Shown piece after piece: positions 10,901 to 21,593 of a stretch of 34,800 nt of DNA. Origin of the DNA: Chrysochromulina tobinii (taxonomy: Eukaryota); the NCBI GenBank assembly GCA_001275005.1, contig JWZX01002447.1, positions 1 to 34,800 on the forward strand. The letters are read 5' to 3'. Under the pieces are notes generated by a model, which saw nothing but the letters and a program-made list of their open reading frames with translations, searched no databases and was not told where the DNA came from. Both the position numbers and the translations under genes were made by a program. The stretch's first letter is position 1, and every line of letters begins with the position of its first letter.

Positions 10901-11809
10901 TCGACGGAGCTGCCGCCCACCCACCTGCCGTTGCTCGGGGTGGCGGAGGCTTGGGAGGACGTGGCGCTCGCGGTGAGCCTCAAAGTGACTCCGCAAAGGT
11001 ACGAACCTCTCAAGGGGTGCACTCTTGTGCTGCCTTCCCGCGACAAGATGGGCAATCTATGCGTGCGAGGCGGTGCAAATGTCACATGTGGCGTCGTCGA
11101 GGGCACCACCAAGCGACTCCCCGACGCCGACGAGGGCGACGGCACTATACGCTTCGCGCCGAGCGTGCAGGGCCGATGCATCGACCTTGGTGATGGCTCA
11201 TACTCGCTGCGCTGGTCGGCGTTCGCTCCGTGCACATGCGAAGTTTGGGTCAAGATGGATGGGCTCCATGTGCTTGGCTCCCCTGCACCGCTGTGCCTCG
11301 TCCCCTACGTGCAGCTCGGCGCGATTCGGGCCGGTCACGCAGCCCTCTCTGGGCGCTTCGCCTCGCTGCCCCTCTCGGACTTTATCTTGGGAAAGCCCAC
11401 CGACCGGCCGCTCTCGCTCTCGCCGCGCCTCGGCAGCGCCGGCCGGCACCGGCGAATGTCGTCCGACTCGATGGGCAGCGGCAAGGAGGGGCGGGAGACG
11501 GGCCGGGAGGCGGTGTGCACGGCCGCCGCCATCAAGCTTCAGGCCATTCAGCGCGGGCGCTCCACGCGGCGTCGTCTCCTACGTGTTCCGATCCCTCCCC
11601 GGGCAGACAGAGGCCCCGGGGCGGCGCATGTAGAGACGCCACCTGCTCAGTCCCCGGCCAGTGCTCGGGCCAGTGCTGCGAGCGATGGTTCGCCCGGCCC
11701 GGATGCGACGAGGAAGCCGACGGGCACGAAGAAGGAGCCCAGCACCAGCGCAACGAGCAAAAGGACGACGACGTCCGGAAAGGCAGCGCAGCGTCAACAA
11801 GGCAGGTAG
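4956..11809 (+). CDS. Giant protein: N-terminal coiled coil, filamin/ABP280 Ig-like repeats, low-complexity middle, two IQ-like motifs; intron 5923-6052; frame break near 6787
   Basis: Joins ORFs 4932-5966, 6037-6927 and 6683-11809. Filamin signature YGDGL..A.MGQESSFTI...GGDKF.V...IDHGDGSYTVRF...LPGSPY, with a second copy IDLGDGSYSLRW...HVLGSP. IQ-like motifs AATRVQAVQRGRSTR and AAIKLQAIQRGRSTRR. Confidence 0.75.
5946..6050. repeat. 10-bp satellite (CTCTGATGAC)x10.5 inside a predicted GC-AG intron (5923-6052)
   Basis: Read directly. Removing 5923-6052 (AG|GCGAGC...GGCAG|) restores the frame between the flanking ORFs. Confidence 0.9.
9335..9425 (+). repeat. Coding 12-bp repeat encoding (GKEG)n
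   Basis: Degenerate GGCAAGGAGGGC units. Confidence 0.8.
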
Positions 11810-12131
11810 AAGAGCGCGAGTGAAACTGGGGGTACTCTGTAACTGAGTTTGAAACTCAGTGAGTTCTGTACCTGCTGCTGGTTAGGATTACGCAAATGTG
11901 CTCCGCCGTCCGCCACACTGTGAAACGGGGCGTGGTTGATGGCCACCCCCTGCTCCCCACTTTGGGGTGTCGAACGCGGGGGGTGGTGACGAAACTGACG
12001 ACTTTCCTATTTCCGCTCGCGTTCATGCCCAAAACCGTGGAACTTATGTGCGTCCATCTTTCTGGGGAGGCAAGGTGGAGCAGTTTGCAAGCGCGGTGAG
12101 TCGCTTCTTCTCCGATGGGAGCCCCGCCACG

Positions 12132-15100
12132 ATGGGGGGCCTTCCCAGCGCGCACCTAGTGAGCAGCGCCGAAGTCCAGAACCTCAACGTGGCTGTGCCA
12201 CACACTGCTTTGACCGAGGCTACTGCCCCCGCCACCGCCGCTCCCACAGCCAACGCGCCCGCACCCGACGTGCCCTATGACTCCTCCTCCTCCACCGCTG
12301 CCGCCACGGCGGCCGCTGCTGTTGCCTCTGCTGCCTCCGCCGTCGCCTCCGCCGCTGCCTCCGCTCTCGCCGACGCGTATGAGGCAGCACTCGATAGGCG
12401 CAAGCGCGAACGGTTAGCGGCCGAGTCGGCGCTCCTCGACTCGTGCGTATGGAAGATCATCGACGACGAGGGCCACCTCGAGGACGTGCGCCGATTCCCG
12501 TTCCTGAGCTGGTCGATGCATCGCGATCTTGGCAAGTATGGCTGCTCGGTAGCCGTGCGGCTGCTGCTCGTCGTGAAGCATGAGGGCATCGTCGCGCTCA
12601 CGCTGTGTTTCCTGCTCACTTTGCCGAACTTGATCGACAACCTGCGGCGCACCAAGTATCGCCACGACTGCCGCTTTACAGCAGTTGGATCAGGAAGTCT
12701 GATGTGCGGCGTCGCAGACGTGGCCCTGCGCACGAGTGCTACGATGCCCGAGCAGCCCTTCTACCTTTGGACGGCGATGGGCGCGTGCGAGGAGTATGCC
12801 AACACGTCAATCGTGCTGCAGCCCACCTTCACTTACGACAACCCGTTCGTCCACCTGCGCTCCGCCGCCGAGTACTGCATTCGTCCTTATTTGAAGCAGT
12901 CATATGAGCTCTGGTCGGGCGTGCTAGTGATGGTCGTCCTGACGCTCTACCTACTGCGGCTGCGCCGGCTGCAGGTGCGAATCGTACGCGATCACAACCG
13001 ACACACGTGGACCCCAGGCGACTACGCGGTGCTCATCGAGGGGCTCATGCGCGGGCAGGTGCCCGCCGATCAAGAGGGATCGCTCCGATCTGACATGCGC
13101 AAGATTGGCATCGGCGACGTTGCGATCTCGCACATCGAGATCGGATGCGGTTGCAAGAGCGAGTTCGAGCTGCTTCAGTCCATTGCGGAGCTGCGTGTCA
13201 GATGCCAGGAGCTGGGAGCACGCCGCGGACGGACGGCCGAGCAGGAGCAGCGGGATCAAATGAAGCTCGAGGCGACACGTGAGAAGCTCGCGGCCGCGCG
13301 CCTGCAGCTCGGCAAGGGGCGCGAGGACGAGCACAAGACGACCGGCCAAGCATTCATAGTCTTCCAGTCGGAAGACGATCGCAACAAGCTCATCAGCCGC
13401 TTCGATCCTGACTATGCTCTGGTGCGACCTGGGCCGGCAGCGCGCCTCGCCGCACGCCTCGAAGCGCGTCTAGCAGAGAGCGGCCTCATCCAGAAGAAGG
13501 AGGAGGCGGAGGACGACGACGATGGGCCCATCAAGCGCGCAAAGACGCGCGCGCGCCCACGCCGGCTGCTGGGGGCAAAGCACGTGCGGGTCTCAAATAC
13601 CTTTCGAGATTTGTTCCAGCACCTCAACAACCTGTTTCGCGAGAGCGAGTTTGCTGATCTCGAGGCGTCAGATCCAGATCGAGCTCTCCTTGTTGAGCCG
13701 GCGCCGGAGCCGACAGACGTGCTCTGGCAGAACCTCGAGATCGACGACGATGAGCGCTTTCGGCGCACGTGTCTCACATACGTGGTCACGGGGATGATTG
13801 TCTTGATGAGCGCCGCATGCTGTGCCGTTCTGACCACTCTGAAGCACAACGGTCCGGAATGGATCGGCTACGGACGCGATGATGACTCCTGGTGGGCCTG
13901 GGCCTTCTCGCTGGGCCTGTCGGCTGTCACAGCCATCGGCATCAACGTCGCCAACTTTGTCATCTATACCTACGTGTACGCGGCCACTGAGCACGAGCGC
14001 CATCTCTCGCGCACGCTGCACGAGCGATCGCTCTTCACCAAGCTGAGCCTCGCGTACCTCGCGAACACGGTGGCGCTGCCCCTGATCGTGGGCTGCGTCC
14101 CGTTTGGGCCGACGCAGGGCTGGTACGAGGAAGGGAGAGGAGGCGTGCACGCGGCGACCCTGCATGCAAGCGCTCACCACGGCGCCCTCACTTCCCCACA
14201 GGTACGAGGTGGGTGGCCCCGTCGACACAGCTCAGGTCATCTTGCTCTCGGGCGCTCTCATCCACGAGCTCCTCAAGGTGACGCAGCCGTACACGTGGTA
14301 CATTCGATACGTGCGCGGACGCTTCGCACACTCGCAGCTGCGCCTGAATGCGCTCTGGGCGCCGCCCGACATGTTTATCGGCGACCTCTTTGCCGATCTC
14401 GTCAAGCTCTTTGCTCTGTGCCTCCTGTACGCGCCACTGCAACCCATGATGTACGTGTACACCGTGCTAGCGCTCGTGCTCAGCCTAGCGTGCGATAAGT
14501 ACGCGATCTCTTATTGGTGGCGTGCCCCGCCCGCCCTGAGGCACGACCTCATGGAAAGACTGCGCTTTACACTGTGGCTTCTGCTGCCGCTTCATTTTGG
14601 GGCGAGCGCCTTCGCCCTCGTGTACGCGCAGCCGCGCGAGGGCACGGCCGACGCCATGGGCGGCCCGCTGGCGCTCTCCATCATCGTGTGGCTGTGCTAT
14701 CCGCTGGCACTTCTCTTGAGCGGCGTGCTCGGCATCGAGGTACTCCAGATGGCGAACTCGCTCGAGCCCACGACGACGCTCTATGGCGCCACGTGGCGGC
14801 GAATGGGAGACGACGAAGCGGGCCACGCGCCGACCGAGATCGCCAACGACGCGCTCGCGGCGGCGCTCGCGGCGAATAAGCTCGAGTTCACCCAGCCCGA
14901 GCTGGTCGCGTTCGGTCTGCGCTCTCTGCCGGCCGGATGCTGCATCCGCGTGGGCGGCGCGCGCTATCTCGAAGTGGCCAGGGGCGTGCGGTACGATGAC
15001 GTGCCACGGGTGCTGGGGTACGCTATCGATCGCTACCGCGGCCTTGCTGCCACGAGACAAGAGGAGACGGCCGTTGCCATTGAGGAGCGTGCCTTCCGCT

Positions 15101-15366
15101 CCGGGCTAGCCGGGCTGAACGCCAAGTACACCGCGGTGCGACGCCTCACAGCTGGAGCCGGCGCCGGCGCCGACGCTCCCGTCGAGTCCTCTGCCTTCGC
15201 GAGGGCCCTCAACGGTACCGCGGAGGAAGGGTTCCGACGCTTTGAGGTTGGGGTGCAGGACTGGTTCAGGAGGCTGGTCCATCAGGAGCCGCCCGTTGCG
15301 CCTACGGTGGAAGCTCCGGAGCCGTCAGCACAAGAGAGCTCTGCGGCACCCGAACTGCAGGCATGA
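12132..15366 (+). CDS. OSCA/TMEM63 (CSC1-like) mechanosensitive channel family protein; exons 12132-14122 and 14202-15366
   Basis: TPGDYAVLIEGL, TGQAFIVF and APEPTDVLWQNLE motifs followed by multiple TM helices and DKY. A 79-nt GT-AG intron (14123-14201) joins the two ORFs in frame (GW-YEVGG). Start is taken at the first ATG and is uncertain. Confidence 0.85.
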
Positions 15367-15606
15367 GCGGCGCCCGTCGCGCGGGGCCCGGCGGGGGGCA
15401 TGTGGCGGGGGGATACTTCTACTCTCTACCAGATTACGAGCGACCTTGTGTGTAATGAGCTGATTTACAAACTAATTAGAGGAGGCTCCAACATTGTAAT
15501 AAAGGCTTACACATCGCATTGATCATACTTCGAATCTTGTGTGGCAATGGTTGCGCACGCCGCGGCAGACGATCGGCGACTAGTGCGCTCGCGACGTGTG
15601 TGTCTC

Positions 15607-16671
15607 TCACTCGTCAGCGTCGTGCGAGGACTGTGGGCCCATGAACAGCTGGCCGAGGCCCACGATCGCGGCAGGCTCGAGCGCCTCCGCCGCGGCTGCC
15701 ACAGTGGCGCGCGCATGCCGTGCTGCCTTGACCGCGGCTCCACCACGTAAGGTTGCGCTGACAGTCCCCTGGCTGGCCATGTGCCGTGCGTAGACCAGCG
15801 CGGCCTCCTGCGCGGTGTCGAAGCGGCCAAGGTGGATCCACACGCCCCTCTCCTTGGGCTTCGCCGTGAAGCGCCCCTCAGCCGTCGCGAACACATTCCG
15901 GTAGCCTGTCACGCTTTGGGCGACGATCAGGCTGAGCCCTTCGGTCGCCGCCTGCGCAAGCGCCTCGTCCGACGTCATACCCCGCCGAGGCGGGGCCGCA
16001 GCGGCCCGGGCGGCCGTGTTGCCGATGTATCGCGCGTACACGAGCGCTGCTTCCTCGGGCGTGTCCGTCAGCTTTAGAAACTTGGACCGCCCATGCTCAT
16101 GCGCGTGCGCCACGAACCGCCTCTTGCCGTTTGCCGTGTCCCGGTCAAAGCACACCCCCTTGTAGCCCGTCTTAGAGCTGCCCAGCACGAGCGTCAGGCC
16201 CTCCGCGGCCGCCTGCGCGATCGCCTCTTCTGCCGTTAGGCTCCGTTGCGCCATCATCTGCGCCATCGACGCATCCTTGCCTATCCTTCGAGCGTAGACG
16301 AGCGCAGCCTCCTCGGCAGTGTCGAATGCGCCCAGGTCCTCCGCTCTGCTGCCCCCGGCGGTGAACCGCGCACGGAAGCGGCTTCCGGCTGCCCCGCGCC
16401 GCTTGGAACTCCCAGGGCGATTGGTTGCAATCCAATCGCGCCGCACGCCCTTGAAGCCCGTCTCGTTTTCGGCGGGTACCAGCGTGAGGCCCTCCGCCAC
16501 AGCCTGTGCGCATGCCTCGTCCGCCGTCAGGCCCGACCCGCCCGCTGCCGCGGGCTCCGCGGCTTCGGCCTCAGGGTCGGCCAATGGGTCCACGGGATCG
16601 GCCGCGGGCGCGGGCTCGGCCTCAGGCACGGGAAGACGGTCCGAGACGCCCTTGCCGTTGGGTGCTTCCAT
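15607..16671 (-). CDS. Protein with three AP2/ERF-like DNA-binding domains
   Basis: Three repeats of TG(F/Y)(K/R)(G/N)V...RF.A....LG.FDTAEEAALVYAR. Confidence 0.88.
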   Translation of the reverse strand: MEAPNGKGVSDRLPVPEAEPAPAADPVDPLADPEAEAAEPAAAGGSGLTADEACAQAVAEGLTLVPAENETGFKGVRRDWIATNRPGSSKRRGAAGSRFRARFTAGGSRAEDLGAFDTAEEAALVYARRIGKDASMAQMMAQRSLTAEEAIAQAAAEGLTLVLGSSKTGYKGVCFDRDTANGKRRFVAHAHEHGRSKFLKLTDTPEEAALVYARYIGNTAARAAAAPPRRGMTSDEALAQAATEGLSLIVAQSVTGYRNVFATAEGRFTAKPKERGVWIHLGRFDTAQEAALVYARHMASQGTVSATLRGGAAVKAARHARATVAAAAEALEPAAIVGLGQLFMGPQSSHDADE

Positions 16672-17539
16672 TCGACTCCGACACGATTCTTCCAGACGGC
16701 CATTTTAATTATGTTTCGCCGCCAAAAAGGCCTCATAATATCCCAGCACTTTATTAGGGACATTCGACGATCGTACATGGAATTCCGAACAAGTTCGAGG
16801 GCGATCTGCCGGGGAAGAAGCCGCGGGCGTGACGCCGCCTGCGAACCTGCCGAAGGCGTAGCAGGGGCGAGGGGGGTTCGGAGCGTTGGAGGGGGTCTGG
16901 GCGGGGGTTCGGATCCTCCCCCGCTGGTTATCATGTCCAGCGCCTCCGCGCGCGCGCGACCGCTGCGTGGCAGTGCTTCGTGTGTTACATTTATTGGCCG
17001 ACGAGGCGATAACACGTGCGTGTGTCGTTCTGAGCTGACCTTTTCGCAATATGTGGTTTTGAGTGGGCGGGCAGATGACGGAGCTCGGAAGCATGCTCGG
17101 AAGCTGTATGTTCTTCATCGGTTGACTTGATTCAGACTTGACTAACCCAGCAGCAGCACGCTACACGCGTTTTTGCATGCCGATTGCCGTCTCGGCTCCG
17201 TCGCGCGTTCGAGGTCTCGAGGTGGACTCCCGGGCCAACCCGCGGGCGCCGCGCCGTTCTCATGGCCGTCATGCTGGGTCATGCATCTTGCATGGCCCGG
17301 CCGGCCCCCGTGTTCTCTTCTCGGTATCCGACCCAATCATTTTTCTCCGTGCGCGTCTGGGGGACCCACTGTCAGAAGCCGAATTTTCTACACGTTGCAT
17401 CGTTTCACGGAGTCTTTTCTCCAGCTCGCTCTCCATCCAGAGGAGGTCACCGCGGGCTGAGTCGCGCGCCACCGCTGCACCGAGCGTGCCAGCGATGACG
17501 ACGACGTACACGTAGTATCGCGTGACCTCGCGCGCTCTC

Positions 17540-18196
17540 TCAGCCAAAGGCGCTCACGAAGAGCAGGCCGGAGCACAGGCCGACGACGACGGCGAGGATC
17601 ATTTTATCGCGCTTCTTCCGCAGGCCGATTCGGCCGAGCAGCGCGTCCACCTGCGGCGCGATCGCCGAGAGCTGGGTCAGCTTCGAGCTCATGCCGCCAA
17701 ACGTACTGCGCTGCGCTGCGAGCGCCTCGCGCGTCGCGTGCGCCACACTGAGCACGTCTTCGGCGCCTCGATCCGCACCCTGGATGGCGTTGCGCTCGCG
17801 CAGCTGGGTCTCTGAGTTCGTCGCCTCCTTGCAGCGGTGCTCGCGGATGTCCTGCCTCACCGACGAGAGCAGTTGGTCGCGCTCGGTCGAGGCCTTGACC
17901 GAGGCCTTGCACTTGTTGAACTCCTGCTGGAAGTCGTGCAAGATCTCGCGGTGCCGCTGCAGCATGTGCATCGCCGTGGCTGTACCGCCCGTTGCGCCCC
18001 CGCCCGACGCCTCCCTGCTCATCATGTCGTTCACCTCGCCGAGCTGCTGGATGAGCGCCGCCGTCTCGCGCTGCAGTTGTGGGAAGCTGGCACTGCCTGC
18101 CGCGCTCCCATCAAAGCGGCTGAGCTGCACGAGCTTCGAGTCGATCTCGTTCTCGAGTTTGCGCGCCTGGGTCCGTACGGACGCGAGAGCCGCCAT
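17540..18196 (-). CDS. GOS1: Golgi Qb-SNARE (GOS1/GS28/GOSR1 family)
   Basis: RTQARKLENEIDSKLVQLS, LQRHREILHDFQQEF, ATREALAAQRSTF, RKKRDKMIL and a C-terminal TM anchor; ATG at 18196. Confidence 0.93.
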   Translation of the reverse strand: MAALASVRTQARKLENEIDSKLVQLSRFDGSAAGSASFPQLQRETAALIQQLGEVNDMMSREASGGGATGGTATAMHMLQRHREILHDFQQEFNKCKASVKASTERDQLLSSVRQDIREHRCKEATNSETQLRERNAIQGADRGAEDVLSVAHATREALAAQRSTFGGMSSKLTQLSAIAPQVDALLGRIGLRKKRDKMILAVVVGLCSGLLFVSAFG

Positions 18197-18336
18197 GAAC
18201 ACGCACTTCTTTATCGGTGTGTAGACCCTTCTTTTCCAAAATCGAGCAGCTTTACATGTAGCCGGGTACCCAAAAACTGGAAGCCGCCCAAAGAAAGCCA
18301 AATTTGGCAACTAGAACTGTGTGGTCCAAGCCCCCA

Positions 18337-20544
18337 ATGGAAAGCGGCAGTTCAGAGGTCACCCATCCATCGGGCTCCGCCGCGGCGCCTTCGACACCGA
18401 TGAAGCTAACAACTCAGACCGGGCAAACGGTGTCGGCCGTGACGAAAGCCGTGACGCAGTCGGAAAGCCCCACGCGCCAGGAGCTGCTCCGCCTCATCCA
18501 GCAGGCGGCAGAGACAAGCTTACTGGTGAGCAAAGTTGGGGTGGCGGCAGAGGCGGAGATCGCGGCAGAGGTGGAGGCTGAGGCTGCCTTCGGCGACGAG
18601 TTTTCAGCGGACGAGATATTCCAGCGCGCGGAGACAGCACGCAAGGAGGCGGAGGCGGCGCTGGCCTCGGCGGCCGTGGCAGCAACAGCCGTAACGGCAG
18701 CGGTGGCTGTGGCGGTGGCCAAGGAGGTGGAGGCGGCGCGGGCGCGGGCGGCTTGGGCGCGGGCGGCTGCGGCGGTGGCGGAGGCTCTGAGAGTTGAGCA
18801 AGTGGCAGCTTTGCAGGCTGCCGAGAAGGTGGCAGCGGCGGAGGCGACGGAGGCGGCGGAGGCGGCGGAGGCGGCGGCGGCAGAGATTCACGATGGTTTC
18901 GTGTGTTCCCGGGAGCCACCCCGCCCACTGGCAGAGGCGGCCCTGCACGAAAACGTGGGCGCCAAGAACGAGACTCTCAACGCGAGTGCCTATCGGCTCG
19001 ATCAGCATCCCAAAGTGGCAGCTCCGCAGGAGGTCGAGAAGGCGAAGGCGGCAGAGTGGGCAGCGCCGGTGGCGGATGCGCAGGCGGCTGCAGAGAAGGC
19101 CGACTCGGCGCACGAGAAGGCTGCGGTGGACAAGGAAGCGGCGGAGTGGGTAGCTTCTTCCCTGTACGAGGCTTCCTCCCTCCAAGAGGCTTCCTCCATG
19201 CGCTCGAGCACGGAGGACTACGAGGACGTGGGCGCCGAGGACGAGACGCTCAACGCCGAGGACGAGACGCTCAACGCCAAGGACGAGACGCTCAACGCCA
19301 AGGACTGGTGGGAGAAGGCCTCGCCGGCGATCGAGAGCGCCTTCGACAAGGTAAGGAGCGCGGTCAGCGACGCCTCGCCCATCATCGCGGCCAAGGTGAA
19401 GAGCTTCCTTGGAGATCACTTTGGCATCGATGCCGAGGAAGCCGCTGCGTCAGCTGTGGACAAGGCAGTCACCAAGACGGCGGCAGCTGAGGCGGCTGCA
19501 GCGGAGGATGCCGCTGCCGCTGCTGCTGCGGCGGCGGCGGCGGTGGCGGCAGCAGCGGCCAAGGAGGCTGAGGAGGCGCGGGCGGCAATGGCGCTCGAAG
19601 TGATAGCGGCGGCGATGGCGAAGGCGCTACGAGTTCAGGCAGCTTGGCAGGTGGCCAAGAAGGCGTCAGCGGCGGCAGAGGCTGAGGCGGCGGAGTCGGC
19701 GGTGGACGAGGCGGCTACGACCGATGAGGCGGCTCCCGAGGCGAAGGCCACCGCCATGGCAAACAAGTATGCGACAGCGGCGGCGCAAGAAGCCAGTCCG
19801 AGGAGCATGATGTCGCATCTCGACGGCGTCGTCGACGTGACGAGCCTCTCTTCACATTCACAGCTCGTCGACGTGACGAGCCTCTCGGCTGCCGAATCGC
19901 ACCCACAGCAGCGCGTCAGCGCCCAAGCCAGCGCCTCCCGGGTGCTGCGCGACGCGTGTGCCCTCATGCTCCTCGGGCTCGGTGTCGCACTGCTCTGGAT
20001 GGCGTGTGCCGAGGTCCTCCCACCCGATGGAGCGCTCTCGTGGGCATGGGCGTTGCGCGTGCTTGACGACACGTGGGGCGCCGCCTCGGGCGCTTTCGCC
20101 CACGCGCGCACGCGCATCGGCCAGCTGAGCTGGTCAGATGTGGTCGACGGCGCAGACGCTGCTGCTGTCGCCCTCTCGAGCCTTGCCCAGACACTTGCCA
20201 AGCGGGGCGCTCTCACGTGGGGCGCCACCTCGGGCGCTTTCGCCCACGCGCGCACGCGCATCGGCCAGCTGAGCTGGTCAGATGTGGTCGACGGCGCAGA
20301 CGCTGCTGCTGTCGCCCTCTCGAGCCTTGCCCAGACACTTGCCAAGCGGGGCGCTATCGCGCGCGCGTCATTGCTGATCGCTGGGCGAGCGAGGCTCTGC
20401 GCCCAACTCGATCTGCTCTGCGAAGCGGCCAGACGAGATGCGGCCGAACGGGAGGCCGCCGCAGCCTACTTTCCGCAGCTCGTGGAGTTCGCCTCGAAGG
20501 TATGGACTGAGGCGAGGAGCGGCCTGACGTCGGCCCTTTCTTAG
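18337..20544 (+). CDS. Ala/Glu-rich repetitive protein with one predicted TM helix, unknown function
   Basis: Long ORF with ATG at 18337, hydrophobic segment ACALMLLGLGVALLWMAC and internal repeats. Confidence 0.75.
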   Translation: MESGSSEVTHPSGSAAAPSTPMKLTTQTGQTVSAVTKAVTQSESPTRQELLRLIQQAAETSLLVSKVGVAAEAEIAAEVEAEAAFGDEFSADEIFQRAETARKEAEAALASAAVAATAVTAAVAVAVAKEVEAARARAAWARAAAAVAEALRVEQVAALQAAEKVAAAEATEAAEAAEAAAAEIHDGFVCSREPPRPLAEAALHENVGAKNETLNASAYRLDQHPKVAAPQEVEKAKAAEWAAPVADAQAAAEKADSAHEKAAVDKEAAEWVASSLYEASSLQEASSMRSSTEDYEDVGAEDETLNAEDETLNAKDETLNAKDWWEKASPAIESAFDKVRSAVSDASPIIAAKVKSFLGDHFGIDAEEAAASAVDKAVTKTAAAEAAAAEDAAAAAAAAAAAVAAAAAKEAEEARAAMALEVIAAAMAKALRVQAAWQVAKKASAAAEAEAAESAVDEAATTDEAAPEAKATAMANKYATAAAQEASPRSMMSHLDGVVDVTSLSSHSQLVDVTSLSAAESHPQQRVSAQASASRVLRDACALMLLGLGVALLWMACAEVLPPDGALSWAWALRVLDDTWGAASGAFAHARTRIGQLSWSDVVDGADAAAVALSSLAQTLAKRGALTWGATSGAFAHARTRIGQLSWSDVVDGADAAAVALSSLAQTLAKRGAIARASLLIAGRARLCAQLDLLCEAARRDAAEREAAAAYFPQLVEFASKVWTEARSGLTSALS
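19234..19303 (+). repeat. Coding 21-bp tandem repeat encoding (E/K)DETLNA x3
   Basis: GACGAGACGCTCAACGCC occurs three times; a related unit lies at about 18950-18984. Confidence 0.9.
20070..20355 (+). repeat. 144-bp in-frame tandem duplication (48 aa)
   Basis: TWGA(A/T)SGAFAHARTRIGQLSWSDVVDGADAAAVALSSLAQTLAKRGA occurs twice with near-identical DNA. Confidence 0.95.
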
Positions 20545-21397
20545 ACTCTCGTGCACACCATATGAGCCCATCTGGGAGACAGCTCTCGACTAAAGGATCC
20601 CCCTGTGCCCAGATGGCTCTATACCTCGTGCTGACTTCCGTCGCATCATGCTGACGGCACACCAGCTTGTGCGGCAGCATCGTCCCTCGCGCGGGTCACG
20701 GCGCAGGCGCAGCATACCTCACTTCCGTGGTACGCAGTACATGTCGCCGCACCTGATCACCTATGAGTATGATACCTTGATGCGTGTTTGCTTTGTTTTG
20801 TCTTTATGAGTAATGAGGTGTCAGTGTTTTCTGCGTTTACAACAGCAGTAACGGGGGCATGAACGGGGGATGAACGGGGGTCGGGGGTGGATTGGTGAAG
20901 CATGTGCATGAGCATGTCGTGTGGTGAAGGTTGAACATGAGGTTGAAGCTCAACCTCAAGACCAGAACACGTGGCGATAGCCCGGCCGATAATACAAAAT
21001 CACAAAATACCCCACGTGCCACGAGCAGACCGTCATGCAGACCGTACGATAAGACGACGGAAGCGTGTGCTGCGCACCCGGCAGTGAAACCCAGCGCCCG
21101 AATGTTTCTCCTTGGTGTTTGCATATACACGTTGTAAGTCACTTGTACCGCTCGACCGGTCCGTGTCCGAGAGACCGCTATCCGTTGGGGTCCCGGGCCC
21201 AGGGCCTCCGTCGCGCCGGGAGATGCTCGCCTCAGTCCGGCCATCGCATCGGCCATCGCCGTACTATTCTATCGTCTCCTCGCGTCACACGCACAGCCGC
21301 TCTCTCACACATAAGATCGAGCGAGCGCCGTCGAGGGCACTGCTCACAAAGCTTTGGTAGGGCGCTGTGGCGAGCGCCCTCGAGCTGCAGGGCTCAG

Positions 21398-21542
21398 TCA
21401 GTCCAGCTCCACGCCACTCGCCAGTGCTGCCGCTGCCGCCACTAGGCTCGCTGGCTCGGCTTTCGCACCCTCCTCCTCAGCGCCGTCCTCGTCCTCGTCG
21501 TCCTCGTCGGCCTCGTCCTCGCGCACGTCCTCGTCCTCGTCC

Positions 21543-21593
<51 letters not shown>

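Noticed and set aside
16246..17547. ORFs between the AP2 and GOS1 genes
   Set aside because: No recognisable motifs; several mutually overlapping frames; probably UTR or intergenic.
20837..21256. 139-aa minus-strand ORF
   Set aside because: No domain features and it ends in the G-tract repeat; coding status unsupported.
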